Virus record (IMG/VR): IMGVR_UViG_3300033402_000023
Location: 1-42,752 of that record
Length of the DNA: 42,752 nucleotides
Source of the DNA: a virus
Taxonomy: Duplodnaviria; Caudoviricetes
Strand: one strand, 5' to 3'
Position numbers and translations under genes: made by a program. Below are positions 1 to 7,128 of this stretch, in pieces (the stretch's first letter is position 1; the number at the start of each line of letters is the position of its first letter). The notes below the pieces were generated by a model. That model ran no database searches. It was not told where the DNA came from and was given only the letters and a program-made list of their open reading frames with translations.

Positions 1-25
1 GGTAAATAATCTGCAAAGGACTAGC

Positions 26-105
26 CCCTTCGACAGGCTCAGGACAGGCTGTCCAGGCGTACGGCGTTTGCGCGCCATGGGATTCGTGGTCTCCCACCCT
101 TTCGC
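26..105. repeat. Host REP-like intergenic repeat fragments
   Basis: CCCTTCGACAGGCTCAGGACAGG and TCCCACCCTTTCGC resemble dispersed REP-like repeats recalled from Acidobacteria; single copy in this window. Confidence 0.4.
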
Positions 106-122
106 CAACCGGAGTCCCCAGA

Positions 123-127
123 GCTTG
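123..127 (+). repeat. Left target-site duplication GCTTG
   Basis: Identical to 42627-42631, directly abutting the TG terminus. Confidence 0.95.
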
Positions 128-152
128 TGTGATTCTCTAAATTAGATTACAG
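128..152 (+). repeat. Left end transposase-binding site L1
   Basis: TGTGATTCTCTAAATTAGATTACAG aligns without gaps to the reverse complement of the right end, TGTGGCTCGCCAAATTGCGTTACAG. Confidence 0.9.
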
Positions 153-153
153 T

Positions 154-201
154 GGTGGGAGATGGCGGGATGTGGCGGGAATCGGCGGGAACGGAGCGGG
201 T
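154..201 (+). repeat. GG(C/T)GGGA direct repeats with 10-bp period (4 copies plus 1 degenerate)
   Basis: Copies end at 160, 170, 180 and 190; lie between L1 and L2. Confidence 0.85.
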
Positions 202-237
202 GAAACGTATTTTTCCACAATGCGGCGGCGGTTTTCG

Positions 238-260
238 ATTCTCCAAATTAAATTACAGTA
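238..260 (+). repeat. Left end transposase-binding site L2
   Basis: ATTCTCCAAATTAAATTACAGTA is identical to 42554-42576. Confidence 0.9.
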
Positions 261-673
261 CTCGGCAAAAATCGACGCTTTTTGACCTCTAAGTTGTTGA
301 TTCTTCGTTGAGGCGATGTTTACTACTGCGCGCATCAGAGAAGTTTACTTATATGACAATATTGTGGAAATCGCCGTAATGCCGCGTGAATAGCGATTTA
401 GAGGCGCTTCTAGACTCTTAAAACCCTCCAGGATGCTCCCCGAGAAACGATCAATAAAGAGTAAACAAGCCAATCTACCGAAATTCATAGAAAGGCAGCA
501 AAAATGAGGGAAATTCCAATTGGTAAACGTGATGGATTTCGCGCTGGAGGAGAGGCCGGAGAGCGAGTTGAAAATGGCTGTTCTCATGCCTAAAATCACC
601 TGGAAAATGACTTAGAAACCCAGCTAAGTTGAACTTATCGAAGTTAGCGCAGATATAAGTATCTGAGATAGCC

Positions 674-922
674 TCAAAATCGCTGCTCGATGCCATTCTT
701 TTCATAGATAGTTCTGATGTAGGCTTCGAATGAATCACGGTTGATGCGCCATGGGCTTCCACTCACGCCGGGACGCACCTGATAGGCCATGAAAGAGCCT
801 GCTTCACACATGCGAATAACGGTTTGACGCGACACGTTGAGGATCTCGGCAGCACGCGCTGCGGAGATAGTATAGCGCGGGCTCCAGGGCATGAGTAATT
901 GATCGGGATTGCGGAAGTTCAT
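674..922 (-). CDS. Excisionase-like (HTH_17/MerR-type) DNA-binding protein; candidate late activator
   Basis: ISAARAAEILNVSRQTVIRMCEAG...WRI winged HTH; ATGA overlap with upstream gene. Confidence 0.8.
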   Translation of the reverse strand: MNFRNPDQLLMPWSPRYTISAARAAEILNVSRQTVIRMCEAGSFMAYQVRPGVSGSPWRINRDSFEAYIRTIYEKNGIEQRF

Positions 923-1443
923 GCGGCCTCCCGTCGCTGCCATTTGCCGGCGCGGACAAGCATCTGCTTCAGCGCCCAGCGCACGCGGTTGGCGTCGGCC
1001 GAGGTGGTGATCGTGGGTGCAGATTTATGCTTAAGCGGCGAGCGTGGCGAGCGCAGCCACACTTCTAATTGTGCCCATGTCCAGCCTAAGCGCGCACTGT
1101 AATTATCGATGACCTCCAGATCGGCCGCTGAGGCGAGCTGAGGCGCGCTGGCGAACTCCTGGCTGTCGCGGCGGCCATCGACACCGGCGCGGCGCGCCTG
1201 GTCGCGATCGAGGCGCGGGCGCGGCTTGGCGCCCACAGGAATGCCAAGGGATTCGTGAAGACCGTCGATCAGGAATGCCGCGTCGGCCGAGGATAGATCG
1301 CGAAAGCTCTCTATAGGCTTGCGCAGGCGCTGCGTGGCCCAGGCAAGGCGCTCCTCGCGCGATTGACCTATGCCGATCTCGCGGCGCGCAAATTGCGCGT
1401 AGAGCGTTTGCAGCCGGCCGAGTTGTTTCTTTGTAATCCGCAT
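919..1443 (-). CDS. gemA: GemA/Mu gp16-like protein (DUF1018-like)
   Basis: IESFRDLSSADAAFLIDGL and ANRVRWALKQM motifs; typical position at the end of the early region. Confidence 0.7.
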   Translation of the reverse strand: MRITKKQLGRLQTLYAQFARREIGIGQSREERLAWATQRLRKPIESFRDLSSADAAFLIDGLHESLGIPVGAKPRPRLDRDQARRAGVDGRRDSQEFASAPQLASAADLEVIDNYSARLGWTWAQLEVWLRSPRSPLKHKSAPTITTSADANRVRWALKQMLVRAGKWQRREAA

Positions 1444-1444
1444 C

Positions 1445-1642
1445 CTACTTCTTTTCTCTGAGCTTCTTCTTGCATTCCGAGCAGAGCACCGGAGGCTTCA
1501 GTTTGCGCATTTCGCGCCCATCGGCCTGACGGCAAATGTCCGAGCAAAACTTAGCGTTGCGGCGCTTGTGCTCGATCAGATTTTTGCAGCCCATGTGCTG
1601 ACATTGCCTTTGATATCCACTTACGGGCGTGCCATTCATCAT
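1445..1642 (-). CDS. Small Cys-rich zinc-binding protein
   Basis: CQHMGC...KFCSDIC...CSEC. Confidence 0.65.
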   Translation of the reverse strand: MMNGTPVSGYQRQCQHMGCKNLIEHKRRNAKFCSDICRQADGREMRKLKPPVLCSECKKKLREKK

Positions 1643-2190
1643 TAACCACCAACCATCAGTATTCGATACAATCGGCTAACCTTTTGCGCATTCCGGACAG
1701 TTATAAAATCATGGCGTAACTGGATTGCTGGAGTCTTATAGCCGAGCCGCAATGCGAGCGAAGATTTTGTGAAACCTTCATCTAATAGTTTCGTAATCTT
1801 ACGCCATGTTGAATTCGCCGAGATTATCGAACCTCCCTGTCCTGCATAGCGATCAACAGCTAAAATCTTCCGCTCGGTTGACTGTCTTATTCGTTCGCGT
1901 TTACCACTACGAATCCGCTGCACAATCCCTTTATTAATGCCCGCAGCTTTGACCACGCTTTTATAACCAACGCCGTGTTGAGACAGCTTCAAGATATGCC
2001 TTTGTGCCCTTTTTGCACTGATAATACCGGCTCCTCTTCCTGCTTTGTTCTCAGCATCTCTGAAGCAGGAATAACGAGAGTTCGCAGCCCGGCATGGAAG
2101 ACATCGACACCCGGAGAGGTATTTAATTCGTGTACCATGCGGCTTATTAGCCGACAGTTCCTGTATATCCCGGAGATCACAAGGCCTCAT
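1642..2190 (-). CDS. Hypothetical DNA-binding protein (HGT...GCRC zinc motif plus HTH)
   Basis: HGTRIKYLSGCRCLPCRAA; basic HTH-like segments; lower GC; overlaps neighbouring genes. Confidence 0.7.
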   Translation of the reverse strand: MRPCDLRDIQELSANKPHGTRIKYLSGCRCLPCRAANSRYSCFRDAENKAGRGAGIISAKRAQRHILKLSQHGVGYKSVVKAAGINKGIVQRIRSGKRERIRQSTERKILAVDRYAGQGGSIISANSTWRKITKLLDEGFTKSSLALRLGYKTPAIQLRHDFITVRNAQKVSRLYRILMVGG

Positions 2191-2618
2191 TGCAGACTCC
2201 TCGCCAGCTCGTCAGGCACGCTGAAGAAGCCCAGGGAGCCTTTGAAGGCTACCGGCCCACCAAAGGCAATGGGATTGCGCAGCACAAAGCCATAATCGCC
2301 CACAAACCACGGGCTATCGCTCTGCGCCACGCAATCAACGATCTCCACCGAGCCGACTAAGCGGCCGCAAAAATTGCGCAGCAATATTGGCGAGCGTGCT
2401 GCATTCTGATTCAAGTGGAAGAGGTCCGGGCGATCGGATTGCTTGAACATTTGTTCGGCTGATGCAATATCTTCCGCCACCTCGCGCTCATTCCACCATT
2501 TGCTGGCGTGGATGAGCACGCGGCCGCGGACGCGCGTCGGCCAATCGCGATTCTCGATATTCTTGCCGGCGTGCAGGATGTACCACCACCAGGGCGCGCG
2601 AATGCTGAGAGCCTTCAT
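2187..2618 (-). CDS. ASCH domain protein
   Basis: MKALSIRAPW...GKNIENRDW...RGRVLIHAS...KGSLGFF signature. Confidence 0.92.
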   Translation of the reverse strand: MKALSIRAPWWWYILHAGKNIENRDWPTRVRGRVLIHASKWWNEREVAEDIASAEQMFKQSDRPDLFHLNQNAARSPILLRNFCGRLVGSVEIVDCVAQSDSPWFVGDYGFVLRNPIAFGGPVAFKGSLGFFSVPDELARSLQ

Positions 2619-3082
2619 GCCGGCCTCGCAATCTGCATCTGGGCGAGCAGCTCCACCGCCGTAGGTGGAATACGGCGGAAAGGCTTGGGACCGCGCTTTT
2701 GCGCGGTCATCGTGCGCAGGCGTTCACACAGTTCGGCATTAGAGAAGTCCTTGCGCGTGACTACCGAAGCATTTGAAAAAAGCGTCAAAGCCAGAGTTTT
2801 TTCTTTGATAAGCGCCAATTCTTCACGGCATAAATATTGGGCCAGGATCAGCGTGCGCATATTGGCATTGAGCTTATAAGCGGATTCGACCAGGGCTTCG
2901 CAATGATCGAAGGGCAAAATGCAGAGCAGCAATTCAAAACGCCTATGATGAAGCAGGCGCAGAGCTTCTTCGCAAGAGGCAGCAGTAGCCACCGCATAGC
3001 GCCAATTGCGTATAGCGAAGCGCAGCCAGCCGAACTTCTCTTCATCCGCGCCCACGAGCAGGATTGTATGTTTCGGCCTCAT
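2615..3082 (-). CDS. Degenerate single-domain response-regulator receiver (pseudo-REC)
   Basis: TILLV..., YAVATAASCEEALRLL, FELLL receiver pattern; acidic pocket and phospho-Asp absent; GGAGG RBS, ATGA overlap. Confidence 0.75.
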   Translation of the reverse strand: MRPKHTILLVGADEEKFGWLRFAIRNWRYAVATAASCEEALRLLHHRRFELLLCILPFDHCEALVESAYKLNANMRTLILAQYLCREELALIKEKTLALTLFSNASVVTRKDFSNAELCERLRTMTAQKRGPKPFRRIPPTAVELLAQMQIARPA

Positions 3083-3324
3083 GCGGGCACCTCCAGGATG
3101 CGGAAGAGGTTGGGCTTGACTGGATGCCATTGGATGGCATTGCGGAGCTTCAGATAGCGCAGCTCGTCTTTGAGAAGTACTCCGAGCGCGATGCCATCTT
3201 CTTCTGTGTCAATGTCACACCAGTGCTCTTCATTAAATTCGACTCCGAGCGTGCTATCTTTCAGCACTTGGATTGCGGCTCTGAGCGCCAGCGCGTGGGC
3301 CAGCTTGTTTGCTTCAGCGGTCAT
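3079..3324 (-). CDS. Hypothetical protein
   Basis: AGGAG RBS; translationally coupled to the next gene. Confidence 0.75.
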   Translation of the reverse strand: MTAEANKLAHALALRAAIQVLKDSTLGVEFNEEHWCDIDTEEDGIALGVLLKDELRYLKLRNAIQWHPVKPNLFRILEVPA

Positions 3325-3358
3325 AACTCTTCTCCTAAAATCAATCAGCAGTTGCCGG

Positions 3359-3721
3359 TCAGCTCGTAGCCGCCAGCTTGGAAGTGACAGTCGAGCGGCT
3401 CAGCTCCGCGCGCCGTTGCGCGAGGCGTTCGATCTGCCGCGTCACGTCGATGTTATGGAGCCTGGAGACATGAATGATCGCGGTGAGCCGGGCAATTAAA
3501 TAGGGCTGCACGGTTAGTTCTCCCGCCATCCATGCAGCCCATGCGCGGGCAACCTGCGCGCAAAGTTCGGGCGGAACCTCGGACCAATGTTCATCGCACA
3601 TCATGCGGTAGCCGCGCGGAATGGAGCGTGAGCAGCCGTCGATATGGCAGAAGCTCATCGTGCCGTCTGATGTGGGACGTGCAATAGCGGAAATGTTTTT
3701 ATGGATGGAGCGCGCGAACAT
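3359..3721 (-). CDS. Hypothetical protein with Cys/His metal motif
   Basis: CHIDGC...MCDEHW; TGATG overlap. Confidence 0.75.
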   Translation of the reverse strand: MFARSIHKNISAIARPTSDGTMSFCHIDGCSRSIPRGYRMMCDEHWSEVPPELCAQVARAWAAWMAGELTVQPYLIARLTAIIHVSRLHNIDVTRQIERLAQRRAELSRSTVTSKLAATS

Positions 3722-4200
3722 CAGGCGACCTCCTGGGCGGCAGCGCCGATCTCCAGTTGCAATTGGCCGAGCAGCTCCAGCGTGGTGCGCGGGCCGTCCA
3801 CCGCCTTGAGCACTTCAATCTCCGCTCTCACCTGGTCGAGGACTTGCTTATGCAGGATGGAGTGATCTTCGGCGGTGAGCATGATGAAGTAGCCGCCGCC
3901 GCTCGACATCTTGCTGCTGCCGATAGGCACACGGAAGTTGATGCGCAGCGCGCGCACCGCCTCCTTAATCTCGCGGGCATCGAGTTCTTCGCAGCCTTTG
4001 AAGTTCCGCATATCCCTGATGGTGATGGCGCGGGCAGCGCCGCGGCAGAAGCGGATGGCGGAGAGCACCAGCCTTTCAGCGTGGCTAAGATGCAGGCCCA
4101 GCGGGCCTCCCGATTTTCCGATGAGCAGCGCGAGGATCTCCGCATCGATGCGCTGGATGCGCTCTTCGACGGGCTCGGGAAAAAGGGATAGTTCCGTCAT
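3721..4200 (-). CDS. Winged-helix DNA-binding protein
   Basis: ITIRDM...DAREIKEAVRALR...PIGSS...GGYF; ATGA overlap. Confidence 0.75.
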   Translation of the reverse strand: MTELSLFPEPVEERIQRIDAEILALLIGKSGGPLGLHLSHAERLVLSAIRFCRGAARAITIRDMRNFKGCEELDAREIKEAVRALRINFRVPIGSSKMSSGGGYFIMLTAEDHSILHKQVLDQVRAEIEVLKAVDGPRTTLELLGQLQLEIGAAAQEVA

Positions 4201-4433
4201 GCCAGGCTCTCCGTGGTAGTGAGCGAATCTTCGAGCAGGTGGCCGCATTCTTCGCAATAGATGCGCTTGATGTGAACGCGCTTGAGAACGGTCAATGACG
4301 CCGCGGAAATCGATTCATCGTCGTAGACCGCAATCCTGTCACCGGCATAGATCGACTGCCGGCATTCATTGCAAACGCGCGGATGGTCGGTAGTGATCCA
4401 GGTGACGCCGGGTTGGGATTTGAGACCCATCAT
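4197..4433 (-). CDS. Small zinc-finger protein
   Basis: CNEC...IYAGD...YCEEC; ATGA overlaps. Confidence 0.7.
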   Translation of the reverse strand: MMGLKSQPGVTWITTDHPRVCNECRQSIYAGDRIAVYDDESISAASLTVLKRVHIKRIYCEECGHLLEDSLTTTESLA

Positions 4434-4963
4434 GATATGAATCCTTCAATCGGAAAGCGATAGTTGGCGGTGAAGATCGAGGCTTTGTTCGTGAGGTCTA
4501 ACTTCTTCCACCAGTTATCGAGAACATCCTCGGTGATGTTGAGCGAGATCACGGTAGTGTGCGTCTGCGCGGTGGATGGAGCCAGGTTGTGTTTGCCGGC
4601 GCGGCGGATATAGCCGACGGTGACACCGGAGATGCCGTATTTCCTACCCAGCGCGCAATTGGAGATGTGTTCGTCCTCGGCGGCGATCTGCAGCCTGATC
4701 GATTCAGGGACAGGCTCGCCGCGTTTTCTTTTGTGCGATTCAGGCATGGATTCCTCCTCGATTGGTTCTATGCGAGTGACGGGTTGAGGTTGGTTTTCAG
4801 GCGATGGAAATTTATATTCCGCCGTAAAATGAATCGGCGCGTGAGTGCCGTCGTCGCAGGCCGCGCAGAGCGCCTCGCCGTCGAAGACGATCACGGCGTC
4901 GCAGCAGAGGCAGCGCGTGCAGCGCTTGCCGATCGGCGCGGAACTGGTGACGGCTGAATTCAT
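4430..4963 (-). CDS. Hypothetical protein, N-terminal zinc ribbon plus HTH
   Basis: CLCC...CAAC; SNCALGRKYGISGVTVGYIRR HTH. Confidence 0.7.
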   Translation of the reverse strand: MNSAVTSSAPIGKRCTRCLCCDAVIVFDGEALCAACDDGTHAPIHFTAEYKFPSPENQPQPVTRIEPIEEESMPESHKRKRGEPVPESIRLQIAAEDEHISNCALGRKYGISGVTVGYIRRAGKHNLAPSTAQTHTTVISLNITEDVLDNWWKKLDLTNKASIFTANYRFPIEGFIS

Positions 4964-5184
4964 TTGCGCGGCCTTTCCTTGAATTGCTTGAGGCATCGCG
5001 GGCAGAGATCGCGCAGAATCTTTGCGTGAGTTAGAACGCGGCCCCAGCCTGCCTCTTTCGCATCATGACGAAGTTCGGCGATAGTGATGATTGCGCCATC
5101 AACGGGCGCCGGACACACGCCGACGCATGGATAGCGGTTGCCGCAGTGATCGCATATGAGATTGATGAGCGTGCAAAAGCTCAC
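4960..5184 (-). CDS. Small zinc-finger protein
   Basis: CDHC...AKEAGW...DLCPRC; GTGA overlap. Confidence 0.7.
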   Translation of the reverse strand: MSFCTLINLICDHCGNRYPCVGVCPAPVDGAIITIAELRHDAKEAGWGRVLTHAKILRDLCPRCLKQFKERPRK

Positions 5185-5675
5185 TTCGCGCCGCCCTTCT
5201 TCGCCGCCTTCTCCTCGCGCGCGCGGAGATCGGCCAGCGGCTCAACCTTGAGCGATGGCGTCTTTTTGCGGGGCACGAAGCAGCGCGCGTAGAGTTCCTT
5301 GATGCGCCTCGCATACCTCTGGGGTAGATGAGTCTGGGGTAATATACGCTCGGCTCCTTTGAGCATGGTGTACTCGACGCGCCGCGAGAACATCAGCTTG
5401 AAGACGCGCGGCAGCTTGGCTTTGGAGAGCGCCAGCTCCAATGCGGTCACGTTGTCGTCGAGGATCTCGATGGCGGTGGTTGTGGTGACGGTTCCACACC
5501 ACTCCGCGCCTTCGAAGCGGCGCGAGGCCTCGGCATTGGTGGGCACGCGGCCATATGCTTCGACGGCGGTCATCACCAGAGCCTTGGCGTCATCAGCCTT
5601 CTCTTTGGCAATGTTTGCTGCGAGCTGCTTTTCTGCATAATCCGCGCAGAGCGAATCAAATTGTTGCGGTGTCAT
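5181..5675 (-). CDS. Hypothetical protein with N-terminal coiled coil
   Basis: GGAGG RBS; operon context. Confidence 0.8.
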   Translation of the reverse strand: MTPQQFDSLCADYAEKQLAANIAKEKADDAKALVMTAVEAYGRVPTNAEASRRFEGAEWCGTVTTTTAIEILDDNVTALELALSKAKLPRVFKLMFSRRVEYTMLKGAERILPQTHLPQRYARRIKELYARCFVPRKKTPSLKVEPLADLRAREEKAAKKGGAK

Positions 5676-5924
5676 TGGATTGGTCCTCCATGGTTAAAAA
5701 GCGTTTGCGCAAATCGTCGAGATAGCGCTGGTGATGTTTGAGCGAGCAGGTGTCGCCGCAGAGCTCCTCGTAAACAAAGAGCGAGTTGCGCGGCTCTTCG
5801 ACGGATTCGATGGGCTGATAAAGCACGCCCTCGAATGCCGGCCGCGTGATAGCCATCTGCCAATGATTGGTTTCGCGCTTGGGCGTGAGGCAGATCGCGC
5901 AGATATAGGGGGGGCTTCAGCCAT
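5656..5924 (-). pseudogene. Zinc-binding protein gene frameshifted at a C7 tract (5908-5914)
   Basis: Coupled start at 5924 (TGATG) reads MAEAPP; the -1 frame continues YICAICLTPKRETNHW...LCGDTC. Confidence 0.65.
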
Positions 5925-6211
5925 CAATGCACCAATCCTTCCCTGGCGCCGTCGCAACCGCGCACGCACATATCGATGGCGGCGTGCGCCGGCTCCATGT
6001 TGCGCAGGATGGCCTTGGCCACCGGCAGCGGAATGCCGCCGTAGATTTTGAGGCAATCGAGCGCCAGCTCCATATCGGCGCAGATGGCCTTCAGCGCGCT
6101 CTCGAACTCCGAGGGAAGCTGGCCGACGGCCTTGGTGCTGTAACATTGCATTTTGCCGTGCTGGTCGATAAAAGAAATCAGGTCGCCGTTTTTCGATTTC
6201 AGCGAGTCCAT
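5924..6211 (-). CDS. Hypothetical protein
   Basis: GGAGG RBS and TGATG overlap at 6211. Confidence 0.7.
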   Translation of the reverse strand: MDSLKSKNGDLISFIDQHGKMQCYSTKAVGQLPSEFESALKAICADMELALDCLKIYGGIPLPVAKAILRNMEPAHAAIDMCVRGCDGAREGLVH

Positions 6212-6306
6212 CAGAGGCCTCCAATCCAGCATTCACGGATAAAAATCGCGCCCATGAACGCAATGCCCAGCAACGATGGTGTGATGAGAATCCATAGTAG
6301 GCTCAT
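6211..6306 (-). CDS. 31-aa single-TM membrane peptide
   Basis: MSLLWILITPSLLGIAFMGAIFIRECWIGGL; GGAGG RBS; coupled at both ends. Confidence 0.65.
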   Translation of the reverse strand: MSLLWILITPSLLGIAFMGAIFIRECWIGGL

Positions 6307-6410
6307 CGATGGCCTCCTGAAAGCCTCAAGTACGCCTGCAGCACGCAGAGCAAGATCAGCGCGGCGTAGATCAAAAATGATACGCCAACAATGGTTGCTA
6401 TTGTTTTCAT
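6303..6410 (-). CDS. 35-aa single-TM membrane peptide
   Basis: MKTIATIVGVSFLIYAALILLCVLQAYLRLSGGHR (translated by hand); ATGA overlaps at both ends. Confidence 0.65.
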   Translation of the reverse strand: MKTIATIVGVSFLIYAALILLCVLQAYLRLSGGHR

Positions 6411-6667
6411 CGGATGCCTCCCAGCACACGCTCCACAGCGCCGCCCGGACGGAAGGCCCAGGCGAATTCAATGAGGAAATAAAGAGCCGCGCAGACCACG
6501 AACGCCTTGAAGCCGAGATCAAGCACGCGGCCGAGTTTTCGGTTGAACCGGGAGGCATCTGGATCGAGAGCCAGACGCTTACCGATCAAATGCTCAAGAT
6601 CGCAGAGCAAGATCAGCGCGGCGCAGATCAAAAACGAAACGCCAACAATGGTTGCTATTGTTTTCAT
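6407..6667 (-). CDS. Chimeric 2-TM membrane protein created by duplication plus captured segment
   Basis: N-terminus copies the 6303-6410 peptide, C-terminus copies the 6664-7128 protein, middle is the antisense of 13288-13356. Confidence 0.65.
   Translation of the reverse strand: MKTIATIVGVSFLICAALILLCDLEHLIGKRLALDPDASRFNRKLGRVLDLGFKAFVVCAALYFLIEFAWAFRPGGAVERVLGGIR
6542..6610 (+). repeat. 69-bp exact inverted copy of 13288-13356
   Basis: GTTGAACCGGGAGG...GATCGCAGAGCAA matches the reverse complement base for base. Confidence 0.97.
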
Positions 6668-7128
6668 CGGATGCCTCCCAGCACGCGCTCCACAGCGCCG
6701 CCCGGACGGAAGGCCCAGGCGATTTCGCCGAGGAGATAAAGAGCCGCGCAGATCACGAATGCCTTGATGCCGAGATCAAGCACGCGGGCGAGTTTTCGAA
6801 GGAAGGTTCTTCTCCAAAAATCGATGTACCATTTTTGGAGTAAATATTTGTAGTACCAGTGATCGCTCAATTGATTGCGGCTCGACTGAATGCGCTGCGT
6901 CAATTCGCCGCGCTCGGGAAAATCATGTTCGAGCAGGCGGCGCAGCGAGCTGGCCTCCTGCCTGCGATGCAACACCATCAATCGGTAGCTGAGGGGATAA
7001 TCCTGCTTCAGGATCTCCAGATCATCCGGATAACTGACAATGACCGGCTTAGCCGTTCCCGGAAAGAAGTTCTTCATGCCGCGTTGCGACTGATCGCTGA
7101 CAACTGAGAACTGAGAACTGTTTTTCAT
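6664..7128 (-). CDS. Hypothetical protein with C-terminal TM helix
   Basis: ATGA overlap with the MuB stop; hydrophobic C-terminus; a second possible start (MKNFF) follows a heptamer repeat. Confidence 0.7.
   Translation of the reverse strand: MKNSSQFSVVSDQSQRGMKNFFPGTAKPVIVSYPDDLEILKQDYPLSYRLMVLHRRQEASSLRRLLEHDFPERGELTQRIQSSRNQLSDHWYYKYLLQKWYIDFWRRTFLRKLARVLDLGIKAFVICAALYLLGEIAWAFRPGGAVERVLGGIR

Larger units (their letters stand above)
6344..6798. repeat. 198-bp direct repeat pair (6344-6541 and 6601-6798) with 59-bp spacer
   Basis: Ungapped alignment at offset 257; 13 mismatches counted by hand. Confidence 0.95.

Noticed and set aside
261-673. ORFs near the left end (147..335, 345..599, 475..762)
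   Set aside because: No RBS or recognisable motifs, and two of them overlap end sites or the HTH gene; probably non-coding or decayed.
5181-5675. Gam host-nuclease inhibitor
   Set aside because: Size, position and coiled coil fit, but no Gam motif was recognised; an HMM search is needed.
5927-6739. Plus-strand 270-aa ORF containing the VEPGGIWIESQ peptide
   Set aside because: Antisense shadow of a tightly coupled minus-strand operon; no evident RBS or promoter.
6344-6798. Diversity-generating retroelement TR/VR pair
   Set aside because: Mismatches are not adenine-specific on either strand, and no reverse transcriptase is present.
6344-6798. CRISPR array
   Set aside because: Only two 198-bp protein-coding repeats and no cas genes.
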